From Lobosporangium transversale (taxonomy: Eukaryota): a stretch of 64,000 nt of DNA. Of the stretch, positions 1 through 15,588 are shown one piece after another (positions within the stretch are counted from its first letter, which is position 1; each line of letters opens with the position of its first letter). Location of the stretch: NCBI RefSeq assembly GCF_002105155.1, contig NW_019028994.1, positions 124,001 to 188,000 on the forward strand. The letters are read 5' to 3'. A model generated the notes under the pieces. That model was not told the origin of the DNA and ran no database searches. It saw only the letters and a list, made by a program, of their open reading frames with translations. A program made the position numbers and the translations under genes.

Positions 1-608
1 TTCTTTATCAGATTTGGATCCAGTAGTAGTAGTAGTAGTGGTGGTGGTGGTGGTAGTAGCAGTAGCTACTGTTGTAGGTGTAGTGGTGGTGGTAGTAGCG
101 AGAGTAGTAGCAGGAGTAGTAGCAGGAGTAAGAGTAGTGGAAGTGGTAGCGGGAGTAGCTGCAGTAGTGGTAGTAGGTGTTGTAGTAGTAGATGTAACGA
201 TAGCAGTATTGCTCGCCAAAACATCTCGAGATATGACCTCTTCCTGCGCTGGATCTGGTTGACCACTCATCATACCCTTTAGTTCATCAAGAGAAGGCAA
301 GGAAGCATCAGCGTGGACAACGACAACTCGATAATCTGGAATACCTGGTTGTCGCTTCTTAAAAGTACCCGCAGGTTTGTAAACATCAAAATCAATTCTA
401 TGATTTCCATTGATATCTATGGTGTCTTGGTTACCACTGACTGTGGAATGAGTCCGTTTTTCTGAATGAGTAGGAGCAGAAGCTGGAGCACGAGCAGGAT
501 CAAGAGCAGGATCAGAAGTAGGTGTCTGTTGGACAAGGCGCATCGTGGGTATAATCTGTAGTTTCTGTAAAATCTGATCTAGGAGTTATTTAATGAGGAA
601 AAAACGTT

Positions 609-648
<40 letters not shown>

Positions 649-1693
649 AAAGATAAAATAAATTAAAATAAATAAAATAAGAGGAATAATGCTTTACTGT
701 AAGACAGCTGATCGTTGTGAGCAACAAGAGGTCGGCTAGAGGGACTATTCCAGATAGTTGGGATGGATCCCAATCTCAGCCCTAGCCCGACAATGCTTGT
801 TATTGCTCCTCTCCATGATGCAGTAAAATAGTTCCAGAATAATGACCACCATTTCAAAACGCTTGTCCAGGGCCTTATGAGCGCTTGGCTTTGTGATTTT
901 AGCTTATCCTGAGCTCCAGATCCACGTACATGGCTATCATAGGTCCCAGGTCTAATGACAATAAAGCCCAGTCGCTTAAGATATGCATATGTGATGTATC
1001 TATCCATTGCTATTGAGGCATTGTTCTTGCGCTCTTTCCCTGAAACAGTCTGTTGAGCTTGAGCTTGAGCTTGAGCCTGTGAGAGATAGACATTCCACAT
1101 CTGCTGCACAGTCATATTATTGCCATGATAGTCAACCAAGAATGATCCACGATCGACAAGATAAAGTGCCTCTTCTGGATAGAGATAGATTTGCCCATGT
1201 AGAGTATGTCCCATGCTCACAAAATGCGTCCCTCTATTTACTGTCAACCTGAACAAACCAAGCCCCGGGTCGTAGACAGCACAGGAAAATGTCCGTCTAT
1301 TTTAAAGAGAAGAGTGTTACTAAAAAAAAAAAAAAAAATAAAGATCTCAGAACGTTATTATATGGTAATATTTCGTTCCGAATCTACTTACTCAGCAGCA
1401 TGACGCTCTTCAGAAAGAACTTGAAAGTAGGCGTCAAGTTTCTCTTCAAGTAAAGCTGGGTTCTGGGACTCTTTGCCTTGCTTACTTGGTAGAGCTTGTG
1501 AAGATGAAGCATCCTTGCCTCTGTTAGAAAAGAACTGTTAGACATAAACGGCTCAGAAAAAGAAAAGAAATAAAAAAATAATAAATAAATAAAATCATTT
1601 GAGTGATATGGAGATGATGTACCCTTTGGAGCCGCTCAGAAGGGTACGAAAGTCTGGATGTTGGTCATTGTCGTCCTGATCCGCTGCATCCAT
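1..1693 (-). CDS. SEN54: tRNA-splicing endonuclease subunit Sen54 (3'-partial; at least 4 exons)
   Basis: ATG at 1693. Spliced exons give RGTHFVSMG...LYPEEALYLVDRGS...YITYAYLKRLGFIV and, in the exon starting ~578, IDFDVYKP..FKKRQPGIPDY, which are Sen54 motifs. The frame runs off the window through a Thr-rich tract. Confidence 0.88.
21..195. repeat. Imperfect (GTA/GTG)n trinucleotide tract encoding poly-Thr in SEN54
   Basis: agtagtagtagt/ggtggtggt runs; on the minus strand they read TTTTTT in the Sen54 frame. Confidence 0.8.
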
Positions 1694-2315
1694 GCTAATG
1701 AATTATAGAATGAGCTGCGCCTTGCGGTGAGCACAGGGTTGATCAATTAATATCACGTGCAAAATTTTACCCACAGACGTTTTTTCATCATTGCATGTCT
1801 GTGCCTGAACTTTTATTTTTTAATTTGGTGGCGCACATACCGTTGGACAGGGATCTGACATTGATCATTTGGGCCAAGCAAGAGCTTTTTTTTGGAGTAA
1901 CATTGGGGGAATTGTTATACTAAAGAACCTAATCTAAAGCCAAGTAGTATTTCCAACCTGTGGGATGCATGGAGATCTCCCGATCTTTCTAAGGAAAGGA
2001 CTAGCAGCAGGTTCCTGGTGTAAAGTTTGCTGAACATAGCTGACTGACACTACACTATGATCGGCCTAGGAGATACGAATGAAAAGTGACTCAAAGTCTG
2101 GCAGCAATGGTCGAGGGTACGATCTTAGTTCGCTTCAAAGTGATGACAGTGACACATGTAGTCGGAATCATGATCCCTATCATACGACCCTTATGAGAAA
2201 TAAAGTTACTCTCCGGTCTTAATCTCCACAAGCAAAGGCTGAATGATTTGCCCGTCATCTCTATAAAGTGCTCTTTCAGAGTATCGTATGTCATCGATCT
2301 TTTTCTCTCTCTCTC

Positions 2316-2346
<31 letters not shown>

Positions 2347-2531
2347 CATTCTCATTTCATTTTGCTCATTCAACGTTCTTTTTATTTCATCTCATTGTCT
2401 TTCGAGAGTTGTGTATAACGTCTTCACTCCGCTCTTCCTTTCCACTCTTTCACTCCTACCTTATATATATTCTCATTAAATACCTCTTATTCACTTTATC
2501 AATTGCTCGTCACCAGACAGGAATAGAGATC

Positions 2532-4672
2532 ATGGGTAACCTTCGATCGCAGATGGTTCATGTCCGCTACATTCTCGCTTCTACTTTTTTTTTTTATGGC
2601 TTTCTAACAACCCTCTAATGTCTATTCTGATCTATTGGAACCATTAGCAAGCAGCGTTAACGATTTCATTGCAGGCAAGTGGATTGACATTCTCCTTATT
2701 CTTTTCAAAGGATTGTTGTTTTTTTTTCTATGCATGCTATGATATGCATGCTTGGATCGCTTGAAAAAAAAAAAAAAATTTTTTTTTGTCCCCCATTTTT
2801 GTCCTTTCCGGTCTAATCCGTTTCAATTGCACATGTTTTTTCTCTTTGACATGTCGCACGGAATTTGCCATGTGGAGTTTTGATCTTGATTATCATCGTT
2901 GCAAGGGATTGTCTGTTTCTCTTTACTAAATTAGCCAAGATATTATATCTCTTCTGTTTTGTTTTTCATTTTGTTACAAATAGGTTATATCAGTGGAGTA
3001 GCAGGTTTGATTGTCGGAAGTCCTCTGGATGTTCTCAAGGTAAGTAAATCGATCAAAAACTGAGCGAGTTTAGTACGGGGAGATTTGTCTTGGTTTAATC
3101 AGGAAACATATTCAATACAATTGCGATCCGACAGTGTCTTTTTTTTTGTTTTTCTTCTCAAAACCTATATGCTTTTTCTTTTTTTTTTTTTTTTCTTTTC
3201 TTTTTTGATCAACGTAGGTTCGGTTACAAGCTCAAGCCGGTTCGGACATAGCCAGAAATGCTTCTACAAACAAGAACAATTTGGTTAGCATGGTTCAAAA
3301 TGAAGGAGTAAGTCTTGATAAGAAAAAAAAAAAAAAAAAAAAAAAAGAAAGTCTGGAGCTTGGCAGTAAAAGCTGATAGAAAGCATGAACAACAGTAACA
3401 ACAGCAACAGTGACATGCATGATTCTGCAAAGAGGGGAAAAAAAAAAAAAAAGAAGAAAACGCTTACTCAAAGTATCATCTTTGTCTTGTGCAACGTTTC
3501 TGAAATTAAACCTGGAAAACAAAACAGTTCGGATCATTGTTCAAGGGTATCACCTCACCCATCATTGGCTTGGCGGGACTCAATTCGATCCTCTTTGCAT
3601 CATACTCGGCATCCATGCGATTGTTCGAGACACTTTCACCCTCTCCTGTGTCACCGTTCTATGCCAGTAATGGTGCAGAATCATACCAGTCTTTGTCACA
3701 TGTTTTTGCAGCAGGATTTGTAGCGGGCGTTGCTTGTTTCCTAGTCAGTACACCCACAGAGCTGGTCAAATGTAGAGCGCAGGTGATCGCCTCACGTCTG
3801 GATCCTACTTCCTCAGCTGCAGCACAACGTGCCATCATGAGTGAATCGAGCTCGTGGCAAGTAACGAAGGATGTTCTTCGGCGGTTTGGACTCCGAGGAT
3901 TCTATCAAGGAGGTCTCGTCACCATCCTTAGAGACGCTCCTGGATACGGAGTATACTTTTGGTAATCGTTATTAATGACTCTTTATTTTAATATGTCTTG
4001 TATTTTATCAAAGCAACAACAAAAGAGTGACAATCTAACTGTCTTATTATTATTATTATTATTATTTATATATTGTTGCTGTTGCCTTAAATAGGTCTTA
4101 TGAAGGGCTGAAGAGGGCATTAGAAATCCCACCAGGAGAGACAGGTGGAATCAACACATGGAAGCTGCTTCTTGCTGGAGGTGTTGCAGGAATTTGTTCT
4201 TGGGTTTCTGTATACCCATTAGGTAAAGACAACAAGGCAAAAAAAAAAAAGATCAGTTTCTTGTAACTTTGGCTAACTTTTATTTTATTTTTTTTTTTTT
4301 GTAGATGTAATCAAGACGAGACTTCAGACACAACCACACCTTGTAACTACAGACCCATACAGCAATATCCGGACACTTCCTATCACAGCGGCTGCCCGCA
4401 TCCCCACTCCAACCACTAGCCTCCTCTCAAAGACCCATACAGATCAGCGTGGAGGATTGTTGCACCAGACAAGCCGTCAAGGACATTCACAAGTATCATC
4501 CTCAGTACCATACAAGGGCATGGTCGACTGCGCATTACGATCTTACAGAAGTGAGGGCTTGGGTGTATTCGTGCGTGGGATGACACCGGCAGTCCTACGT
4601 GCTTTCCCAGTCAATGCAGTGACCTTTTTCGTCTACGAGCTGGTGATGGCAGAGCTGCAAAGAAATGACTAG
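2532..4672 (+). CDS. Mitochondrial carrier (SLC25; carnitine/acylcarnitine or basic amino acid carrier-like)
   Basis: Spliced N-terminus MASSVNDFIAGYISGVAGLIVGSPLDVLKVRLQ. Three Px[DE]xxKxR signatures (PLDVLKVR, PTELVKCR, PLDVIKTR). C-terminus LRAFPVNAVTFFVYE. Exon 1 is only ATGG (2532-2535) and intron 2 has a GC donor. Confidence 0.9.
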
Positions 4673-4748
4673 ATTGCTTAGACATTTAAAGTGAAATATT
4701 AAAAAAACAGTGATTAGATTTGACCACTACACAGGTTTTTAGTTCATT

Positions 4749-4791
<43 letters not shown>

Positions 4792-5014
4792 AGGATGTGT
4801 GTCAAGCCGGGATGCCTGCCACTCCTTTAAAAATGAGCCAATATGCTCCTACGCGCAGTATATAGTGAAATGGACCCTGAGGGTTACAGATTGATTGTAC
4901 ATTAGGATTGTAAAGAGATACTCTGTCAAACTTATCAGGAAACAGATTCTAGATCGATTTTATAGAGAATTTGCGCAGGACTTAAAAAAGCAGATTTAAT
5001 TTAATATCAATGCA

Positions 5015-5281
5015 TATCCCTCTTTTCTGCCCCTCACTTTCTGGTTCCACTCCTCTCGATCCACCCTTCCTCATCCACTCCTGATCCCACCCTTCTTATC
5101 CTCAGCCGAAATATGGCAAGTCATCCATTTTCACTTTTCAAGTCTGATTTTGACTGAGGACGAGCTCGAGAAGGGTGGAAGCAGAAAAATAGATCAAGAA
5201 GGATGGGTCAAGAAGGGAGGAATGAGAGGGGGTAGATCGAGAAGAGTAGAACCAGAAAAGTGGGAGCCAGAAAGGGGCATA
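5015..5281. mobile_element. Degenerate fold-back/MITE-like element
   Basis: Left arm cactttctggttccactcctctcgatccaccc matches the reverse complement of the right arm (cacttttctggttctactcttctcgatctaccc). An inner pair ccacccttct..tcctcag / ctgagga..agaagggtgg is also present, and TA occurs at both ends. Confidence 0.6.
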
Positions 5282-5510
5282 GAAATAAACTTGGCTTATA
5301 TCACGTGAAAATGTTTATTTATTTATTTATTTTTTTCGCGTCTTTTTTTTTTAATAGCGTATGTGTGCAAGTCCTACAAGTGTGTTTTCCCCTGTGTGCT
5401 CAGCTTTCTTACTCCAGCCTCGACTCGCCCTCACATTCATCCTTTCTTCAGAGAATTCTCTCTAGAAAAAAAAAAAAATAAAACAAGAACAATAATAATA
5501 ATAGACCAAG

Positions 5511-8886
<3,376 letters not shown>

Positions 8887-9543
8887 AAACGAAGACAAGA
8901 ACAGAAATGAAAACAAAAAAGAAAGTGAGGATGAATGAAAGCAGACCTTTTTTTTTTTTTTTTCGCATGTAGACCAAGTCCATGGACTTACGAATGAAGA
9001 TGCCAAAGAGTAGCTGTTGACACAGATACCAAGTAACCGAGGACTTATAACATTTTGAAAAATAAATAAATAAATAAATAAATAATATTACATTACAATT
9101 TTTTTTTTCCTAGGCTTTAAATGTCATCGCGCGTGCTTCCTTATCTTCTCAATCTGCTCTTTTATTGAATAAATATTTAGTTAGTAAACTTTAGTAGACT
9201 GGCCACATTTGCTATCTTCGTCTATTATAAATCTCGAATGACAACCATTTCAAGATCAATATGGAGATTCGGCAACATTCCTCTAATGAAAAAAGGGTCC
9301 GGAAGAAGGCAGAAATTAATAGGGGGAGCACTTGGTGCTTTGTTTTTCTTTAGGCTATGGAGAAGAAGGAATGAAAATGGTAAGAGTAGAGGAAAGTGAA
9401 TGGCAGTGCTTCGTGATGATACAGCTTGATATGGACCATGTTATATTCAGGATCACAGATACCGATCATTGAAGTTAGGATGATACACATTTACGTATGT
9501 TATACATACTTAACAAAGGAGTTTCTGTCTTTGTACTTAAACC

Positions 9544-9641
9544 CAGAGCTCCTATCCGATAATCGAATAGAATTCGTAAAAAAATTTCACCCCCTTTTTA
9601 TATGCACTCGAATTTCATTTGATTATCGAATAGGAGCCCTG
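9544..9641. mobile_element. 98-bp MITE with ~33-bp TIRs (CAGRGCTCCTATYCGATAATC...)
   Basis: Left cagagctcctatccgataatcgaatagaattcg versus right-arm reverse complement cagggctcctattcgataatcaaatgaaattcg. Same TIR as the element at 10737. Confidence 0.75.
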
Positions 9642-9643
9642 GT

Positions 9644-11043
9644 TTAATGTATGTTCGCATTCATTTTTCTTTTTTGGTAGGGGTTGTAGATTATCTTGCT
9701 GGATGATGATGGCGATGAAGATGATGATGACGGCCCAAAGGATGGTATTGGCTTCCTAGACAATGATGATGACGGCTCTAGGGATGATGGTGCTTTCACC
9801 GATGATGATGGCTCCACTGGTGCTTGGGGCATTCGTGATTGGAGCTGTGACCTTGCCAACAATGGTGTTGATAGTTGCTCCTGTAAATGGTCAATCCAAA
9901 CCACTTCCTCTATTATTGATTCAAATCCAGGTTAGTTATTTTTTATTTTATTTTTTATTTTTGATTTTATGTTTCACTTTGGAATACTTTCCATACTTTT
10001 GACGACTGCGTTAAGTTTCTCGATCTCTTCTTGCAAGGCGACCGCATTGTTTGTGGCATTTGCATTCATCTTCTCTATCTCCTCTTCCAAGGCGGTTGCT
10101 CTGTTCGATATGGTTCAGACTATCCCCTCCATCTGGATCACTCTTTGCTCAGCACATAATTCTCTTTCCTCTGAACGCTTTTCCCTTTCCTCTAAACCTT
10201 CTTTCAAACGCGCATCCCTTTCCTCTGAACGTCTTTCCAGACGTGTGTCCCTTTCCACAAAGAACTGTTGTAATTGCGTTAATATGGCCTCCTCTTTCAT
10301 CATCCTGTCATTCTCTAAATTTTGTAGGCGCTGTCGCTGCTGTGGGTGAGCTGCCTTGTTGTAGTGGACATTTATCTCCTCCTGGCTCCCTGGCTCTCGT
10401 CATCTTCATTCTCATTAGATTATTAGACTCTAGACTGTTACAACTCTCATACTCCTCTTCAACTACCTCTTTTCCCTTCCTCGGGACACATTCTCTTTTT
10501 GATGGATAAGTGTATTGTACGAGTTTGTTATACTGTTGTTGTATCAAACTTGGCTTATGGCAAAGGTGGCTATTGTTGTCTTCATTAAAGTCCTTTTCAT
10601 CCTTATTTCTTTTTCGGCTCGTTTTACTGGACTGTGGCAAAAGGCTAGATTGCTCTTGAAATTGACTTTGTGATTCTTGGGCACGTGTATTTTTAGGTGG
10701 GCATCTACTATTGCCACCTTTGTCTTGGTGACAGGCCAGTGCTCCTATTCGATAATCGAATAGGAGTCCTGGTGACGGCATTAACCAACGCTTTAATAAC
10801 CATACATTTTCTGGCATGGTGGCGCAGGGTATCTCCTCGTTTACAAGTCCACTTTGGTTGGCACTCGCACATAAAGTGTCTGTCGTTGGTCCGAATATAT
10901 ATACTCAACGCGGGCTTTGTCAACATAACATGTGTAAGACTTTCTATAATATGGAACTGGATATGCCTATCATCTGATGCGATGGTTGGGTATCCAAGCT
11001 CACACCACGAAAGAGTACATTTTGCTGGGGGCGCTTTAGGCAC
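9644..11043 (-). pseudogene. Disrupted gene with a Cys/His (Zn-finger-like) N-terminus and coiled-coil region, probably repeat/TE-derived
   Basis: Collinear minus-strand ORF fragments (11043-10708, 10817-10308, 10303-10115, 9904-9644) are separated by an insertion, frameshifts and stops. Motifs C-x4-C..H..H and CEC..C..HARKC; E/R-rich coiled coil with a ~54-bp internal duplication near 10015-10115. Confidence 0.5.
10737..10771. mobile_element. 35-bp TIR-only mini-element with an imperfect 8-9 bp target-site duplication
   Basis: gtgacaggc|cagtgctcctattcgataatcgaataggagtcctg|gtgacggc. The core ctcctattcgat-a-atcgaataggag is a perfect 12-bp palindrome. Confidence 0.75.
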
Positions 11044-11464
11044 TTTGCTGAGATTAAGGCGGAAGAAGAAGTGTATTTTTTTTTGGATGAAGTTGATAGA
11101 AGTGTCTCTTCATGCAACCAGTTTTGTCTTTTATACGGTATAAAAACTCGGCCGATGACTTTTTTCCACAGGCGAGGTCAGATCTTGGCAGGAAACAATC
11201 ATTGGGTCATGCGGTTTGATCCTTTTCTATTTTGAATCAGCACATCTCGGAAGTTGTATCACTGATCTGTCCAACGGATCAACAGTTGTCCACGATCCTT
11301 ACCGGAAAAAGTAAAGAGTGCACAACTAACATAGTCTGTCATGAACTGGATACATTTTTTCATTATTTTAAGTGAGTTACCTCGTTTTTCATAATTCAGT
11401 TCATACTGAGTCTTTTAGAACACGAGCACTCTAATTCTCATTTTCTACCAAAAATAAAAGATAG

Positions 11465-11636
11465 GCAATGGTTTATGCAGTTTGATGCAAATCCAACAAT
11501 AGTCAATGAACTCAACAAGAGGCTCAAGGTCAATCCTCGTGTTCTTCGACATGCTGTCATTCGCTTGGGATCCAAGTTGGAGGATATTGTTGCGTCTGCT
11601 GAAAAGACCGCCACGAAACTTACCATTCCTTTCTAA
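11465..11636 (+). CDS. MRP17: Terminal exon of mitochondrial ribosomal protein bS6m (MRP17-like); 5' exons not found
   Basis: After ctctaat..atag the frame reads QWFMQFDANPTIVNELNKRLKVNPRVLRHAVIRLGSKLEDIVASAEKTATKLTIPF*, the C-terminal half of bS6 (FDAxP...PRVLR). It is not in the ORF track because it is under 60 aa. Confidence 0.75.
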
Positions 11637-11770
11637 TTTAACAATTTTCTTTTATTAGAAGAAGAAGAAAGAAAAAAAAAAAAAAAAAAAAAAAAGGAAA
11701 AGGATGAAGAACTTCTGATGGTATTAACATAAAAAAAGGAAAAAGAAAGGAATAACCGTCTAAAATTGGA

Positions 11771-13714
11771 TCAAGTCAATTTGGATGCCTTCTCATAGAG
11801 GGATTCCACAACATTGGCCATATTCTTCATCGTATCCAATGCACTATCATATGTCTTGTCCACAGGTGTGTCCTCAAAAACAACAAGACATCCAGCTCCT
11901 TGATCTAATACTCCCAACAATGTCTTGTCCAAAATCATCTGCGAAAGTTTCACTTCCACATGCTGTGCAGGAAGTTTGATGATCTCTGCAATATGAGAGA
12001 TCTCGACCCTTGAGAATGGCTCAATCACACGAATCAAGTTTTGCTCCAACAACTTGTCATACAGTGATGCAAGATGGGATTTAATGATAGGGTCGTTATC
12101 CAGCTCTGTGAAAATAAGAATAAAAACAAAAATAAAAATAAAAAGACCACTTAATCAGTTGGAGAGCTCCGAATCAGTCAATACAAACGAAAACTAATCA
12201 TATACGCAACAAGAAATACTCTCACCTTCACGGTAAGTGGTCAATGCCTGTTCAAATTCCTGTAGGGAGCGATTCTGATGAGCTGCTGCAATGGCCTTCA
12301 TGGCTTCGACCTCTATTCCACGGTATTTGAGTGCAACTTTGCTGTTCAAGATTGCTTGAATATCTTCAGACTGATTTTAATTGACAAAAAAAAAAAAAAA
12401 AAAAAAACATTAGGACGATAAAAACTCAACAATGGAAAAGATTCACTTAATCGTGTGACAAGTTAATAGTACTAACCAAATTGAGCATGACTTTGCAAAG
12501 AAGCATGTACTTCAACGCAGAGATGGCTCTTGGATCTTCAAGTGAAGAATATCCCTCCAATGTTTCATAAAAGTACGAGAATGCAGTCTTGTAATCCTTT
12601 TCTTCAGCATGGAGGATTCCAGATTGCATATCTAGAGCAGCCTGCAACAAGGGTGGACAATAAATAGAATTGGCAGAAGTACGTGCTGATGTGAGAGCAG
12701 CCTAATAATGATTTAAAAAAAAAAAAAAAAATCGTTACGAAATTGATCATCTTCCGCTTTTTGCAACAAGAGATGAATATTTCGTGTCATAACAGCTAGA
12801 TCTTTTATTACCCTAGCCTTGGGCAAATTGCGCAAAGCATGGCAGACGCGACTCTCAAGCAATTGCACTTCAACAAGGACCATCTTGTCATCTAATTTCT
12901 TGAGCTCCTTGAGCAATGTTGCTACCAATGCCAAAGAATCACTGTACATCTTATTGTCGAGATACAATGCAATCAACCGTGTCTCCAATGCTTGTTTCAA
13001 AAAGATGCGTTTTTCCTGGATCGTCCATTCGATGGTCTGCTTACACACCTCAATTTGAAGAGGGAGGGTGTTTGGGATCTCTGAGAAATAATCGATCAAT
13101 GTTCGAACTGTTTTGTAAAATAAAAGGAAAAGAAAATGGGAGAGAAAGAGAGAGAGAAAGAAATGAAAGCCCAGAAGAGCCAGCATTTGATATTAGATGA
13201 GGATTCAATTCTTGATTGCAATAAAGCCCGTCTTCATCTGATCGCCTATTTTTTTTCGATTTTTTTTTTTTCTTTTTCCATAGCGTGTCATAACGTACTG
13301 ATCTTTGCAGTCTTGGCCTTGGGGATAGATGTGATCAGTGTTCGAGAGTCATGGATAAGGGCAGCGAGCTCATTTGGACGACTATATGAGGTGAGTTGAA
13401 GAAGTGTTAGTCATTGGATCTTACAGATATTTATTCTTGTACATAAAAAAAAATAACTTACTGAAGATCGCGATAGCATTGTGCAAGCTTTAACAATGCT
13501 GCCTCTTGCTCATTTCTGGCATTTGCGTCTATTATTCAGAGGAATAGGTAGGTGTTAACGATCTTTGCTCAATTCAACGCGTATTGTAAAAAAAACCCCC
13601 GTTTCACATGCCTGTTCCTGCAGCAGCCAGTATTCCCTGGTAAAGGGGAATGGCCTGTTCTGGTGAGGTCTTTTGGATTTCCTCAGCTTGAGCAATTGAG
13701 GCGATGGAAGGCAT
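11771..13714 (-). CDS. RPN6: 26S proteasome lid subunit Rpn6 (PSMD11)
   Basis: Spliced: [12 protein letters not shown]...[13 protein letters not shown]...[19 protein letters not shown]...[11 protein letters not shown]...PCI domain [22 protein letters not shown]. Confidence 0.95.
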
Positions 13715-14084
13715 GGTTATGTCGTATATGGATGTGTGCTTGAAAGCGCGTTTTTTTAAAAAGAATGTAAGAATGTAAAAAAAAAAAAACGGACAAAAGG
13801 CAGGCGAAGCTTTACTCTCAAAACGTAAGCCTACCCTTTTTTCCTACGAGGATGACGTCACACAAATCACAGTTGGAGAAGGACGCGCGAGCAAAATGCA
13901 TGCGCGTTCCCTCTCTCTCTAAAATTATTGACACGCATTTCATCCTTCTATTCTTTCATTCTTATCGACTTGCAACACTATCTCGTAGCTATTACGACAG
14001 TATCCAGCAAGGCATCTTCCTTCAAGCACTCTCTTTTATAGACCTGTCTTTTTTACCAAATAAGCGCCAAACAGCATTCATACC
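13715..14084. promoter_or_regulatory. Shared divergent promoter region of RPN6 and RPN7
   Basis: 370 bp separate the two ATGs. It contains a palindromic TGACGTCA (CRE-like) at 13853-13860 and several CGCG motifs. Confidence 0.55.
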
Positions 14085-15545
14085 ATGTCGTCTGAAGAAG
14101 TTCCAAAGATCCCTAGCATTGAGCTGTCTCAAAATCGCTTTTTGCTGACCAGTGGTCCAAAGGAAACCCACGCCCAAGCTCAGGAAGAAGTCATGAAGAA
14201 GATCAAAGAAGACAGTACGGCCTTTGTTTCTCTTTTTCTTTAATACTTTCAGCATTGAAAAATATTTGTTTTTTATGTCCAAGTCTGATCAATTGGATAC
14301 TATGCTTTTTACATTTGAAATATAGATATGGCTCCATTCTATGAGCTGATTTGTGAAGAGCAGGGATGGGTTGTGGACCAGGCATTACTGAACCAGATGA
14401 AGAAAGCAAACGAGGAAGAACTCAAGAAGCTGGATGAGAAACTCAAGGATGCAGAGGAGAACTTGGGAGAGACTGAAATCTCAGATGCCCTTCTCGCCAG
14501 GGCAGAGCATTTTGCAAAGATTGGTGATAAGGTAAAGAACCATTCACATATATATATTAGTCAAATACGATCCTTGGCTTTATATCGTCAATGGCAAATT
14601 TCGGACCATCCGCCGCATTTATTCTAATAAAGTAATCCCTCTCGTCATTGGACTTTATAGGAGAAGAGCTTGACAGCTTACCGTGTTGCATTCGAAAAGA
14701 CAGTGGCATTGGGAAGCCGTCTTGATATTCTCTTCGCTAATATTCGTTCAGGATTTTTCTATCGGGATAACGATATTGTTAGCAGAAATATCGAGAAGGC
14801 TAGAACGTAAGGACCCAGATGAGAAAAAAAAAAATACTTTTTTATTGGTGTATTTATCAAAACACAGCATAGATTATGAGATTTTTAACCTTCCAACTTT
14901 TGCTACTGGAAAACCGCTCAAAAACTAGCATGATTGAGGAAGGAGGTGATTGGGACCGTAGAAATCGTCTCAAGGTCTATGAGGGCGCTTACTTGCTGAC
15001 AATCCGTAACTTTAAAGGTGCAGCAGATCTGTTCATTGCCACATTGTCAACGTTCACCTCAACAGAGCTTATGGAGTACAAGGAATTTGTTACCTACGCT
15101 GTTCTCTCTAGTGTATTGGCCTTGAAGCGTGTGGATATCAAGAACAAGGTATAGTCACCTTTCTTCCTCTTTGATATCAATGGTTATTTGTTTACCAAAA
15201 CAAGGGTTTCCAACATCCTCAGACTTTTTTTTCTTTCCCTTCTCTAGGTGATTGATTCACCTGAAGTCCTGGAAGTCCTGCATGAGATTCCCCATCTTGA
15301 GGATTACTTGCGCTCACTTTATGCAGGAGACTATGCCAAATTCTTTGTTTCATTGGCGGCCTTGGAGACATCATGCATGAAGCGATCCTGGGTCCTTTTC
15401 CCTCATTACCGTTACTATATCCGTGAGATGCGCATCCGAGGATATGCTCAGCTCTTGGAGTCTTACCGATCTGTTACTATTCAGAGCATGGCACATTCCT
15501 TTGGAGTGAGCGAGGAGTTCATTGACAAGTATGTAACATCTGCCA

Positions 15546-15588
<43 letters not shown>

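Noticed and set aside
4861..4985. Peptide QILDR as a possible missing MRP17 5' exon
   Set aside because: Lacks the following GGVVR motif, an ATG..YEL start and a suitable donor; judged a chance match.
11336..11408. Short inverted repeat atgaactg..cagttcat upstream of the MRP17 exon
   Set aside because: Only ~8-12 bp of match and no convincing TSD; too weak to call an element.
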